Shown here: positions 1 to 8,209 of the stretch, piece after piece
Layout: each line of letters opens with the position of its first letter
Numbering within the stretch: position 1 is the stretch's first letter
From: a virus
Lineage: Duplodnaviria > Heunggongvirae > Uroviricota > Caudoviricetes
Length of the DNA: 47,714 nt
Virus record (IMG/VR): IMGVR_UViG_3300028805_000039
Coordinates: 191,852-239,565 of that record
Direction: 5' to 3' (one strand)
Notes under the pieces: model-generated
What the model was told of the DNA's origin: nothing
Seen by the model: the letters and a program-made list of their open reading frames with translations, nothing else
The model's database searches: none
Position numbers and translations under genes: made by a program

Positions 1-2
1 CA

Positions 3-455
3 AATTGGCCGCATAAAACGCATTGTTATATTTTTCAAACTTATATTGTTACTTATGATGATTGTGAAATTAGGATAAGATATAGCGAGCCAGCTTTAGA
101 TCATCAAGGTAAGACAATTTCTCCTTATAAGTTTACTTATAAGAGTGGCGGCGATCTTAGTAGAATTGAAATTGAAAAAGAGTTAAAAGCTCGTGAGTAT
201 GAAGAATTGAAAAAGACAATATCTTATCCTGCAATTATAAAAGATTTTTATACTTTTCAATTTGATGGAAAATCAATAGAAATGTCATGTGTTGATAATG
301 ATTGGTATTATGCAGAAGTAGAATTTAACAATCTATTAGAGGCAGAAGCATATGATTTTCCTTGGCCAGAATTGGTTATTAAAGAAGTTACAGAAGATAA
401 AGAGTATAAGATGAAAAATTATTGGCGTAAGACTAGGCTAAAAGAGGAAATTTGA
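3..455 (+). CDS. CYTH-like (triphosphate tunnel) domain protein, 5'-partial (ORF open from window edge; track shows only TTG-start fragment 207..455)
   Basis: Frame open from nt 3; translation contains RIEIEKE / YAEVEFN EXEXK-like motifs; ends TGA 453-455. Confidence 0.35.
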   Translation, partial: NWPHKTHCYIFQTYIVTYDDCEIRIRYSEPALDHQGKTISPYKFTYKSGGDLSRIEIEKELKAREYEELKKTISYPAIIKDFYTFQFDGKSIEMSCVDNDWYYAEVEFNNLLEAEAYDFPWPELVIKEVTEDKEYKMKNYWRKTRLKEEI

Positions 456-480
456 AAATTTTAAAAAAAATTGGTATAAT
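452..480 (+). promoter_or_regulatory. sigma70-like promoter copy 1 (TTGAAA-17-TATAAT)
   Basis: TTGAAA 452-457, TATAAT 475-480, 17-bp spacer; member of repeated conserved promoter family. Confidence 0.7.
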
Positions 481-510
481 ATTTTTAGAAAAAAATAAGG
501 AGTAAAAAAT

Positions 511-1077
511 ATGCCTGTAAATAAAGGATACTTAACAGCAAAAACAGATAAAGCTAGTGATGAAGTTTATACTCCTTCATATGCAATTTAGCCATTGGTA
601 AAATATATTGAAGACTATATGGCACGAGATAGTTTTGAATATTCAGAAGAATACCCATTGCGAATTTGGTGCCCATTTGATATGGCAAATAGTAAATATG
701 TTGAGGTTTTATCATAGATTCCAAAAGTAAAAGTAATATATAGTCATATTGATACTGGTGAAAATTTCTTTTATTATGAGCCAGAAGATTATGATATTAT
801 TATTTCTAATCCACCTTTTTCATGTAAAGATGATGTATTAAAAAGACTTTGGGAACTTAATAAACCTTATGCTATGTTATTACCAGTACCAACATTACAA
901 GGTCAGGCTCGTTTTCCTTATATGAAAGATATTCAGTATTTAGGATTTGATAAGCGTATTAATTATTATAAAGATATTTCTATGACTAAAACACAAGATG
1001 GAGTATCTTTTGGATCTTGTTATTTATGCCGTAAATTTCTTCCTAAAGATTTAATTATTGAAGAATTAAAGAAATAA
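511..1077 (+). CDS. phage Dam-type DNA N6-adenine methyltransferase; contains 2 in-frame TAG codons (589-591, 715-717)
   Basis: RBS AAGGAG + ATG 511; translation ..IISNPPFSCKDD.. (motif IV NPPF) after read-through of two TAGs; ends TAA 1075-1077; track fragment 874..1077 is in the same frame. Confidence 0.75.
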
Positions 1078-1080
1078 TAT

Positions 1081-1109
1081 TTGAAAATTTTAAAAAAATT
1101 TAGTATAAT
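1081..1109 (+). promoter_or_regulatory. sigma70-like promoter copy 2
   Basis: TTGAAA 1081-1086, 17-bp spacer, TATAAT 1104-1109. Confidence 0.7.
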
Positions 1110-1140
1110 ATTTATAGAAAATAAATAAGGAATTAAATAT

Positions 1141-1344
1141 ATGGAAAATAAACCTTATAAAATTTCAAAAGAAGATGCTATTATCTTACAGCGACATTGT
1201 GAAGAAATAAAATCTATTTTAGATAAATATGCTTGGCATAATCCAGATGCCCTTAATGTAGTAACAAGCATGAGCAGAATAAAAAGTGCCTTTAGTACTT
1301 TTAATGAATGGGTAGATATTGCTTATTTTTTTACTGAGAATTAA
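1141..1344 (+). CDS. hypothetical protein (67 aa)
   Basis: ORF with RBS AAGGA upstream, no TAG. Confidence 0.45.
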   Translation: MENKPYKISKEDAIILQRHCEEIKSILDKYAWHNPDALNVVTSMSRIKSAFSTFNEWVDIAYFFTEN

Positions 1345-1360
1345 TTTAATTCTCTAATAT

Positions 1361-1440
1361 GCGCCGGTAGCATAATGGATAGTGCGCTGGGCTACGGACC
1401 CAGGTTTTCTGTGGGGGTTCGACTCCTCTCCGGCGTACCA
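1361..1440 (+). tRNA. tRNA-Arg (anticodon ACG), CCA encoded
   Basis: Acceptor GCGCCGG/CCGGCGT, anticodon stem CTGGG/CCCAG, loop CTACGGA, T-loop TTCGACT; 9-nt variable region. Confidence 0.65.
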
Positions 1441-1554
1441 GCGAGAAATCGTCACTATACTTACCAAGCACATGGGATAGCCTATACTAGTAGATTTGTG
1501 CACCGCGGCTATGAAAAGTATAGGGTTAGTAAAATAGGAAATGGATCTTCTCGC
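1441..1554 (+). other. structured spacer element between tRNAs (terminal 7-bp helix GCGAGAA/TTCTCGC, internal 8-bp inverted repeat CCTATACT/AGTATAGG)
   Basis: Abuts CCA of the preceding tRNA; no convincing cloverleaf found by hand. Confidence 0.3.
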
Positions 1555-1561
1555 TTTATAT

Positions 1562-1637
1562 GGAGGGATTGGTGTAATAGTTAGCATTAGAGATTGTGGC
1601 TCTCTAGGCGACGGAGCGTAACCGTCATCTCTCCCCA
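1562..1637 (+). tRNA. tRNA-His (anticodon GTG) with encoded G-1 and CCA
   Basis: Anticodon stem AGAGA/TCTCT, loop TTGTGGC; T-arm GACGG-AGCGTAA-CCGTC; G-1 pairs with C73. Confidence 0.6.
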
Positions 1638-1661
1638 TTTAAAATATAAAGGAGTATTAAA

Positions 1662-2768
1662 ATGAATGTAATTAAAACTGGTGGTAATTGGACTATTTAT
1701 GATGATGCTATTGAATCATTTGATAAACTTCCTGCTGGCACCTATATGATTAATTTTAGTAAAATGATGGGTTATTTTCTTACTAATCATAATGACCTTG
1801 AAGTTAAAGAGACTAAAATTTATGGAGATACTGAAAAGAAAGTTGATAAAATTCTTCGTTCTTTTTCTTTGACCGATCGTAATTTTGGTGTTATTTTAAG
1901 TGGCCCAAAGGGTGTTGGTAAATCTTTGTTCGCACGAGTTCTTGCTAATAAAGCCGCAAAGAATAATCTTCCTCTTTTGATTTGTTCTGGTTATACTCCT
2001 GGGATTGCTTCTTTTATTAGTTCTATTGACCAAGAGGTAATTATTCTTTTTGATGAATTTGAAAAGACTTTTAGTGAAAAAGATAAGACTGATCCCCAAG
2101 AGGAAATGTTGAGTTTATTTGATGGAGTTGATAGTGGCAAGAAACTTTTTGTGGTAACTTGTAATGAAGTGCGGCATTTAAATGAATATCTATTAAATAG
2201 ACCTGGACGTTTTCATTATCATTTTATTCTTACTAATCCTACGGCAGTAGAAGTAGAGGAATATATGAAAGATAAACTTGATTTAAAATATCAAAATCTT
2301 ATTCCTCAGATTATTAATTTTTCTCTTGGTGGGAATCTTACTTATGATTGCTTACGAGCTATTGCATTTGAAGTTAATAATGGCTATAGCCTTGAAGAGA
2401 CTGTACAAGATTTGAATATTTCTCGTGATAAAGTGCTTTATTATGATATTCGCATTGAATTTGAGGATGGCCAAATTTGTATTGTCAGAAAAGCCTGTCT
2501 TGATTTTTATAGGGATTATTGTAAAGAATGGTGTCAAGATGGTAATGATGAGATTGGTTTTTCCCTTGTCTTTAAAACTAGTGATATAAAATATGATCCT
2601 GAAAAAACTATTCAGCATCTTGATCCAGATAAAGTAACGATTCAGTATGATAATTCTGATTTAGAAGATATGACAAACGATCAAAAGGTTTTTTATCAAA
2701 CTCGTAAGGTAAAATCTGTTGTACTTCATAGGAGTGTTGATTCTTATATTTATAGGTATGCGATTTAA
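1662..2768 (+). CDS. AAA+ family ATPase
   Basis: Walker A GPKGVGKS, Walker B ILFDEFEK; 368 aa, no TAG. Confidence 0.65.
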   Translation: MNVIKTGGNWTIYDDAIESFDKLPAGTYMINFSKMMGYFLTNHNDLEVKETKIYGDTEKKVDKILRSFSLTDRNFGVILSGPKGVGKSLFARVLANKAAKNNLPLLICSGYTPGIASFISSIDQEVIILFDEFEKTFSEKDKTDPQEEMLSLFDGVDSGKKLFVVTCNEVRHLNEYLLNRPGRFHYHFILTNPTAVEVEEYMKDKLDLKYQNLIPQIINFSLGGNLTYDCLRAIAFEVNNGYSLEETVQDLNISRDKVLYYDIRIEFEDGQICIVRKACLDFYRDYCKEWCQDGNDEIGFSLVFKTSDIKYDPEKTIQHLDPDKVTIQYDNSDLEDMTNDQKVFYQTRKVKSVVLHRSVDSYIYRYAI

Positions 2769-2783
2769 CTAAATCGCATACAT

Positions 2784-2858
2784 ACGTTCGTAGTCTAATG
2801 GATAAAACAATTCTCCCCTAAAGAATAATTGTAGGTTCAATTCCTACCGAACGTACCA
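2784..2858 (+). tRNA. tRNA with anticodon CCT (Arg-AGG) as folded; atypical C33, loop CCCCTAA also contains CTA
   Basis: Acceptor ACGTTCG/CGAACGT+A+CCA, anticodon stem ATTCT/AGAAT, T-arm GTAGG-TTCAATT-CCTAC. Confidence 0.55.
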
Positions 2859-2916
2859 ATACTCTATATAAGATTAGGTATAGAGTAAATTTATATTGTA
2901 AAGTGAGGAATTTACA

Positions 2917-3255
2917 ATGGTTATTTATAGTGAAAAACTTAATAAGAAATTTGAAACTGTCGATGAATGCGTAAAAGCAGAACAGGAATATGAGGCAAAA
3001 GTTGCCGCAGAAAAGGCTGCTAAAGAAAAGGCTATTGCTGAAGCTAAGGCACGACAGGAAGCTCTTGTTAATGACCGCAAGACTCGTGCTACTGAAGTTG
3101 AAGATGCCTATAAAGCAGTTGTTGAAGCACAGAAAGTTTATCGCGAGAAACTGAATGCCTTTATTAAGGATTATGGTAGCTTCCATATGACCCTTAAAAC
3201 TGGTGATGGCAATCCTTTTGATCTTTTTCATAGTTTCTTTGAAAACTGGTTTTAA
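2917..3255 (+). CDS. hypothetical coiled-coil protein (112 aa)
   Basis: RBS GAGGAA, ATG 2917; Ala/Lys/Glu-rich. Confidence 0.5.
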   Translation: MVIYSEKLNKKFETVDECVKAEQEYEAKVAAEKAAKEKAIAEAKARQEALVNDRKTRATEVEDAYKAVVEAQKVYREKLNAFIKDYGSFHMTLKTGDGNPFDLFHSFFENWF

Positions 3256-3291
3256 TCTATAAAAAATTGGGGAAGTCCCCCAATTTTATAT

Positions 3292-3365
3292 AGGAGAGTC
3301 GGTTAATGGTAAACCAGCGGTCTCCAAAACCGCGACTGGGGGTTCAAGTCCCTCCTCCCCTGCCA
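3292..3365 (+). tRNA. tRNA-Trp (anticodon CCA)
   Basis: D-arm GGTT-AATGGTA-AACC, anticodon stem GCGGT/ACCGC, loop CTCCAAA, T-loop TTCAAGT, G73+CCA. Confidence 0.7.
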
Positions 3366-3393
3366 TAAAAAATTAAAAAAGGAGTATTTAAAA

Positions 3394-3834
3394 ATGTTAA
3401 AAAAGATTGTTTCTATTTTCCTGGTATTTGTTTTTGCTGTTTTTCTTATGGGATATATTGTTCCAGTAGCAAATGCTGATTATTTTCCTAGTCCAACAAT
3501 AACAGAACATGATATACGGTTGCGGTATTTCCCTGATGTAGCATCTAATCTTTATCGAATTTGTGATAGTGATGGAAATTTAGTACGCTTCATTGAATTT
3601 GAAGATGTGAATTATTCGCTTTTAGATGATTTAAAAAAGATTCCACCTGATGTAAAATTTGCTTTTAATATTGATATTAATACTGAACTTGGTAATAATG
3701 AATATATGGAACTTATTCTTCTTAATGAAAATGAAATTAATGTATATAATAATGGAGTAAAAGTTCCAGTCGAAAAATTTGGTGAGTATAATATTGCGCA
3801 TATTATTGATTCAGGTTTAGTAACAATTAGTTGA
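3394..3834 (+). CDS. secreted/membrane-anchored hypothetical protein (signal peptide)
   Basis: N-terminus MLKKIVSIFLVFVFAVFLMGYIVPVANA. Confidence 0.55.
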   Translation: MLKKIVSIFLVFVFAVFLMGYIVPVANADYFPSPTITEHDIRLRYFPDVASNLYRICDSDGNLVRFIEFEDVNYSLLDDLKKIPPDVKFAFNIDINTELGNNEYMELILLNENEINVYNNGVKVPVEKFGEYNIAHIIDSGLVTIS

Positions 3835-3859
3835 AAATTTTAAAAAAATATTATATAAT
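3831..3859 (+). promoter_or_regulatory. sigma70-like promoter copy 3 (drives tRNA-Lys and downstream genes)
   Basis: TTGAAA 3831-3836, TATAAT 3854-3859, 17-bp spacer. Confidence 0.7.
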
Positions 3860-3904
3860 ATATATGTAAGATAAAGAAAAAGATATTACATATATATTTT
3901 TTAT

Positions 3905-3980
3905 GCATCCATAGCTCAGCTGGTAGAGCAGCGGACTCTTAATCCGAAGGTCGCGGGTTCGAACCCCTCTGGATGCACCA
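3905..3980 (+). tRNA. tRNA-Lys (anticodon CTT)
   Basis: GCATCCA/TGGATGC acceptor, D-arm GCTC-AGCTGGTA-GAGC, loop CTCTTAA, TTCGAAC T-loop, CCA. Confidence 0.8.
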
Positions 3981-4005
3981 TTTAATTATTTCAAGGAGAA
4001 TAAAA

Positions 4006-5082
4006 ATGAATCTTAAATCTTTTTATAAATCTAATGTAAAAATGCTTTATACTAAAAAAGAATTGGATAATTTTAATAATATTTATGTATATTATTATAA
4101 TAAAGTTAATAGTTTTGATGAATTAATATCAAAATTTCCTACAAATTTACATGATATTATTAAATATGAGTTTCATAAACAATTTGAGATTCAAAAAGGT
4201 ATCCAGGGTGGAGTCCTTGTTGAATTAACAATTCTTACAACTATGGCTAACTTTTTTGGTATTTATGATTTTTCTTATGATAATGGGAAATATATTTATG
4301 AAAATGATAAATATATTTTCATTCTTCAAGGGAATTTCGGTCATGGTGGATTAAAAGATGGCAATGATATTAAAATTTTTGACAAAATAGATAATAGATG
4401 GTATAATTGTGAAGTAAAAGAACCTTTTGCTCGTTTTGATGAAATGGATTGGCTTTATACTGAAGAAGGAAAACTTTGTCCTAGTAAGCGAGCAGATAAG
4501 AATAAATTACCATTGTTTTGGCCGATTGCTAATGCGTATAATGCTCATATGAGTGTATTTGATCATATTGGTCATAATTATCCATTAACAGAAGAAATGG
4601 TTAAAGAAATTGTTTCTAATTATTTTGGAAATGTAGATTATATTTTAACATTTACAGAAAAAGATAATTATTTTTTAATAATTCCAAATAATAAAGAAAT
4701 ATTTAGCTTAATTTATTCTTATAAAGGTTCTGAAATTAGAACTGTTAGTGGGAAAAATTTAAAATGTGTTTTTACACCTGTTTATGCCAAAAACGTACTT
4801 GATAAATATCTTATTAAAGAAGATGATAAATATTATTATTTTAATGTTGATGATTTTATCTATACTATTGGTAGACAGAGTTCTAATAAAGGAAGATATA
4901 AATTAATTGAAGGTTTTGCTATTTTGCAAGAAAATGCTATTATTGAAAATAATATTTTAAAGTGTGAAAAAAAGTATTTTAAACAAAATAGCGCTGTTAT
5001 TAGTCCTAAAATTAAACTTATTTCAGATTATAGTAAAATAAAAGATATTATTATACAGGGAGAAGATAGTCTTGACAAATGA
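4006..5082 (+). CDS. putative PD-(D/E)XK nuclease-domain protein; possibly the N-terminal (endonuclease + helical) part of a Type IIG RM enzyme
   Basis: RBS AAGGAG + ATG 4006; ..IFDKIDNRWYNCEVKEPF.. (D..EVK motif); ends TGA 5080-5082, directly followed in the +1 frame by the MTase-domain ORF. Confidence 0.4.
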   Translation: MNLKSFYKSNVKMLYTKKELDNFNNIYVYYYNKVNSFDELISKFPTNLHDIIKYEFHKQFEIQKGIQGGVLVELTILTTMANFFGIYDFSYDNGKYIYENDKYIFILQGNFGHGGLKDGNDIKIFDKIDNRWYNCEVKEPFARFDEMDWLYTEEGKLCPSKRADKNKLPLFWPIANAYNAHMSVFDHIGHNYPLTEEMVKEIVSNYFGNVDYILTFTEKDNYFLIIPNNKEIFSLIYSYKGSEIRTVSGKNLKCVFTPVYAKNVLDKYLIKEDDKYYYFNVDDFIYTIGRQSSNKGRYKLIEGFAILQENAIIENNILKCEKKYFKQNSAVISPKIKLISDYSKIKDIIIQGEDSLDK

Positions 5083-5200
5083 AAAAGAATATCTCGCTTC
5101 TATTAAATAGCGAGGCTTATATTAGACTTGGGAAGATATTTTAAATAATTATTTTCCAAATGAATATTTTAAAGAAGAAACTTTAGGTGGTCTTTATGAG

Positions 5201-6553
5201 ATGGGGCTAGCTGAAGAAAATAAAATTGAAAAAAAGAGTATGGGAAAATATTATACTCCAGATGATGTAGCTAATATTATGGCTTAGTATTTATTAGAAT
5301 TACCTGGTGATAATATTTGTGATTTATGTTGTGGAACAGGAAATTTAACTTTTGCCGTATTAAATTAGATGACTGATGATGAAGCTAAACAATTTATACT
5401 TAATGGTCATTTATATTTATATGATATTGATAATATAGCTATAAAAATTTGTTTAGCTATACTAAAAAATAGATATGGAGATATCGTAGATAATATCCAT
5501 ATTATAAATACAGATTGTTTAAAATCTGATGTTAATTTTCCTGATAATGTTAAAATTATTTCAAATCCTCCATATGGCAAAAATACTGATTTAGTAAATA
5601 ATATTTATAATTGTGCAAAAACTACAAAAGAATTATATGTTGCTTTTATGGAAAAAGCTCTTTATGCTAAAGTTCCATTTGTATTTATAACTCCTCATAG
5701 TTTTTTAGGTGGGAATACTTTTAAAGAGTTACGTAAAGAATTATATGGTGGAAAAATTTTTGCTTTTGATAATGTTCCTGGAAATATTTTTAAAGGTAAA
5801 AAATTTGGTATTTTCAATTCAAATGAAGCAAACTCAACTAGAGCAGCAATTTCTATTTTAAATCCTAATTCTAAGGATATTTATGTTGCTCCTTTTATTA
5901 GATTTAAAACAGAAGAACGTTCAAAAATTTTAAATAAAGAATTTTTAGATACATTGCTACCTGAAAAAGCACAAAGTAATACTGGAAATATCTATTATAG
6001 AATTTAGGCTGGAACAGAAGAAATTATTACTAAATGGTTAGATTCTAAAAATAAAAAATTTAGTAGTTTATTAGTTTCTACTCCTAATGAATATAAAATT
6101 GATATTCCAAATACTTGTAGATATTTTACTACTGGGGCTAAAAAAACTTTATCTAGAAGTGGTAAATTAACTATTTATTGTAAAGATGAAGATAGTTTTT
6201 ATTTAGCATATGCATTTATTAATTCTTCTTTATGTTATTACTGGCATCGAATGTGTAATGGTGGTATTACATATCCAATTACACTTTTGAAGGATATGCC
6301 TATTTTTGGATCAGCAACACAAGAATTAAAAAATTATTGTAATAAACTAATTGAAAATGAAGAAAAATATATAGTTTTAAAGAAAAATGCTGGAGCATAT
6401 TAGGAAAATATTAAATTTCCTATGGAAATGCGTTTTGAATTAACAGATATTCTTTTAAAACAAATAAATTTATCTAATAATATATCTTTAAAAAAGGTAC
6501 ATAATAATAGTTGTTTAACTACAACAATAGATAATATTATAGATGAAGAATAA
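5201..6553 (+). CDS. gamma-class N6-adenine DNA methyltransferase + TRD (Type IIG/HsdM-like), in-frame TAG codons (5288-5290, 5366-5368, 6005-6007, 6401-6403); conserved sequence extends upstream to ~5087 in the same frame without a start codon
   Basis: Motifs GKYYTPDDVANIM (X), DLCCGTGNL (I), ISNPPYGK (IV); HsdM-like LGGLYE upstream of first ATG; ends TAA 6551-6553. Confidence 0.7.
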
Positions 6554-6560
6554 AAAATTA

Positions 6561-6589
6561 TTGACATTTTAAAAAAAATATTATATAAT
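6561..6589 (+). promoter_or_regulatory. sigma70-like promoter copy 4 (TTGACA-17-TATAAT)
   Basis: TTGACA 6561-6566, TATAAT 6584-6589. Confidence 0.7.
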
Positions 6590-6802
6590 ATTTATAGAAA
6601 ATAAATAAAGGCATATACAGCAACCATTATATTTGTAAATTTTTAGAATTAAAATATATAAAAACAATTTTAGAAGCGTGGTTTCTTCTAACGACGATTA
6701 ATAAACTAGATTATTTCTCTAACAAGAGAAACACCGGAGATTTAGTCTTATTAACAGGTAAGTTTCTTTGTGCCTTGTTTTGGGATATTAATTCCCAATT
6801 AT

Positions 6803-6879
6803 GCGGGGTTAGCTCAGCTGGTTAGAGCACATGCCTTACAAGCATGGGGTCACTGGTTCAAGTCCAGTACTCCGCACCA
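6803..6879 (+). tRNA. tRNA-Val (anticodon TAC)
   Basis: GCGGGGT/ACTCCGC, anticodon stem CATGC/GCATG loop CTTACAA, TTCAAGT T-loop, A73+CCA. Confidence 0.8.
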
Positions 6880-6920
6880 GATCAAATTACAGTATCCTAT
6901 GGAACTGTGATATAAATATA

Positions 6921-6981
6921 AAGACTCAAACAGCAATTTTATTGGAATAGTCTGTTAAACTATAATTCAAAAAGAGTCTTG
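6921..6981 (+). ncRNA. small structured RNA element, AAGAC..CAGCAA family (terminal helix AAGACTC/GAGTCTT)
   Basis: Shares 5' AAGAC(A/T)C...ACAGCAA motif with elements at 7152, 10862, 11245. Confidence 0.3.
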
Positions 6982-7006
6982 TGATTTAAATAAAAAAATC
7001 TTTTAT

Positions 7007-7035
7007 TTGAAAAATTTAAAAAAATTTGATATAAT
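7007..7035 (+). promoter_or_regulatory. sigma70-like promoter copy 5 (upstream of tRNA-Pro)
   Basis: TTGAAA 7007-7012, TATAAT 7030-7035. Confidence 0.7.
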
Positions 7036-7073
7036 ATATATATAAAGTTAAGAAATAAATAAAAAATAAATTT

Positions 7074-7149
7074 CGGGGAGTAATTCAGTTGGTAGAATGC
7101 GTGATTTGGGATCACGATGCCGTGGGTTCGAGTCCCGCCTCTCCGACCA
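7074..7149 (+). tRNA. tRNA-Pro (anticodon TGG)
   Basis: CGGGGAG/CTCTCCG, D-arm ATTC-AGTTGGTA-GAAT, anticodon stem CGTGA/TCACG loop TTTGGGA, CCA. Confidence 0.8.
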
Positions 7150-7151
7150 TA

Positions 7152-7219
7152 AGACACATACAGCAACTTTTAAAGATACAATTTTTATGTTATCGGTTCA
7201 AGTCCGATTATGTCAGCCA
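7152..7219 (+). ncRNA. tRNA-like element (AAGACACATACAGCAAC 5' motif, perfect T-arm ATCGG-TTCAAGT-CCGAT, 3' GCCA) lacking a pairing 5' acceptor strand
   Basis: Directly follows tRNA-Pro; possible Y-RNA-like or degenerate tRNA. Confidence 0.3.
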
Positions 7220-7275
7220 TTAATTTGATGTATTATCCAATGGGTAGGATGAAAGAGTATGATGTGTCTAGATAT

Positions 7276-7432
7276 AGCCCCGTGGTGTAAAGGTAGCACA
7301 CTGGACTTGTCGATATGGTGTAATGGAAGCATAATTGAATGCCTCTTGTAATTGAGAGGAGGCGCTAGTTCGATTCTAGCTATCGGCTCCATGACTCCAA
7401 TGGTGTAGGTTCGAATCCTGCCGGGGCTGCCA
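7276..7432 (+). tRNA. tRNA-Gln (anticodon TTG) interrupted between nt 34 and 35 by an 83-nt insert (7309-7391)
   Basis: 5' half AGCCCCG-TG-GTGTAAAGGTAGCAC-A-CTGGA-CTT (7276-7308) and 3' half TGAC-TCCAA-TGGT-GTAGG-TTCGAAT-CCTGC-CGGGGCT-G-CCA (7392-7432) join to a canonical cloverleaf. Confidence 0.6.
7309..7391 (+). tRNA. tRNA-like gene nested inside the tRNA-Gln anticodon loop (identity unclear; possible 8-nt loop TGTAATTG with GTA)
   Basis: Acceptor GTCGATA/TATCGGC + T + CCA, perfect T-arm GCTAG-TTCGATT-CTAGC, D-arm GTG-TAATGGAAG-CAT. Confidence 0.45.
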
Positions 7433-7702
7433 TCCAAAATTAAGAAAGGTTTAAAAGTATGGAAAGATTATATTAGTTACATCATGGTGATGTTTTTACA
7501 GTTTCTGCTGATTTATTTTTAACCACTAATTGGAATGTTGATAATTTTAAATTTATAAAATATAATTTTTATTCTAAACCTTGGTGGAAATTTTGGGAAA
7601 AAAGAAAATTAAAAAATGTTTAGGTAATGTATGTCGGAAATGACACACAAAATAATTATCTTGTAACAAATGAAAAGAAATGTATTGAGGAGTTTTATAA
7701 AA

Positions 7703-7978
7703 ATGATTAGAACTAAAATTCGTTTGGAAACTAATAAAGAAGTTACTGCGTTTGTTAGTAAGTTAAATACTGATGGCAGTATTGATAAGTATATTGTTGA
7801 AGATGAGGAAGGTCGTCATCGTGTAAATGCTCGTTCTTATCTTGGTATGCTTTATGCTTCTGCTGAATTTGCTGGCAATATGTTCCTTGTAAATGAAACT
7901 GAAGATGGTAAGTTTCCTGCTTTTGTTTATGATTTTATGCCATTGAGCGAAAATGATGGAAATTATATCCATGAGTGA
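7703..7978 (+). CDS. hypothetical protein
   Basis: RBS GAGGAG then ATG 7703 (track ORF 7670..7978 same frame). Confidence 0.5.
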   Translation: MIRTKIRLETNKEVTAFVSKLNTDGSIDKYIVEDEEGRHRVNARSYLGMLYASAEFAGNMFLVNETEDGKFPAFVYDFMPLSENDGNYIHE

Positions 7979-8012
7979 TATTAATAATTTTCGTATTCTT
8001 GTTGAATAGGAA

Positions 8013-8129
8013 ATGTTAAAAATGGGAGCTTCTAATAGTGATTTTAGATTCATCCATGATGAAGCTATTATTAATACTATTAGAAGAAATGGCTCCCCTG
8101 AAGATTTAGCTTGGGCTTTATTACAATAA
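8013..8129 (+). CDS. small hypothetical ORF (38 aa)
   Basis: ATG 8013, TAA 8127-8129; weak. Confidence 0.25.
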   Translation: MLKMGASNSDFRFIHDEAIINTIRRNGSPEDLAWALLQ

Positions 8130-8132
8130 TTT

Positions 8133-8206
8133 ACTCCTATCGTATAATGGTAGTATAACTGGCTCTGAACCAGTGGGCCGAGGATCGAAACCTTGTGGGA
8201 GTGCCA
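8133..8206 (+). tRNA. tRNA-Gln (anticodon CTG)
   Basis: ACTCCTA/TGGGAGT, anticodon stem ACTGG/CCAGT loop CTCTGAA, G73+CCA. Confidence 0.7.
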
Positions 8207-8209
8207 GGA

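Noticed and set aside
1354-1638. Track ORFs 1354..1638(-) and 1375..1584(+) over the first tRNA cluster; likewise 6960..7166(-), 7213..7437(-), 9791..10243(-), 9948..10136(-)
   Set aside because: They overlap clear tRNA cloverleaves (GC-rich, stop-free by chance). The 9948 ORF's terminal TAG is literally the reverse complement of the suppressor anticodon.
7309-7391. Interpreting the 83-nt insert in tRNA-Gln as a group I intron
   Set aside because: Too short and itself folds as a tRNA with CCA. The insertion is between 34/35 but has no group I core.
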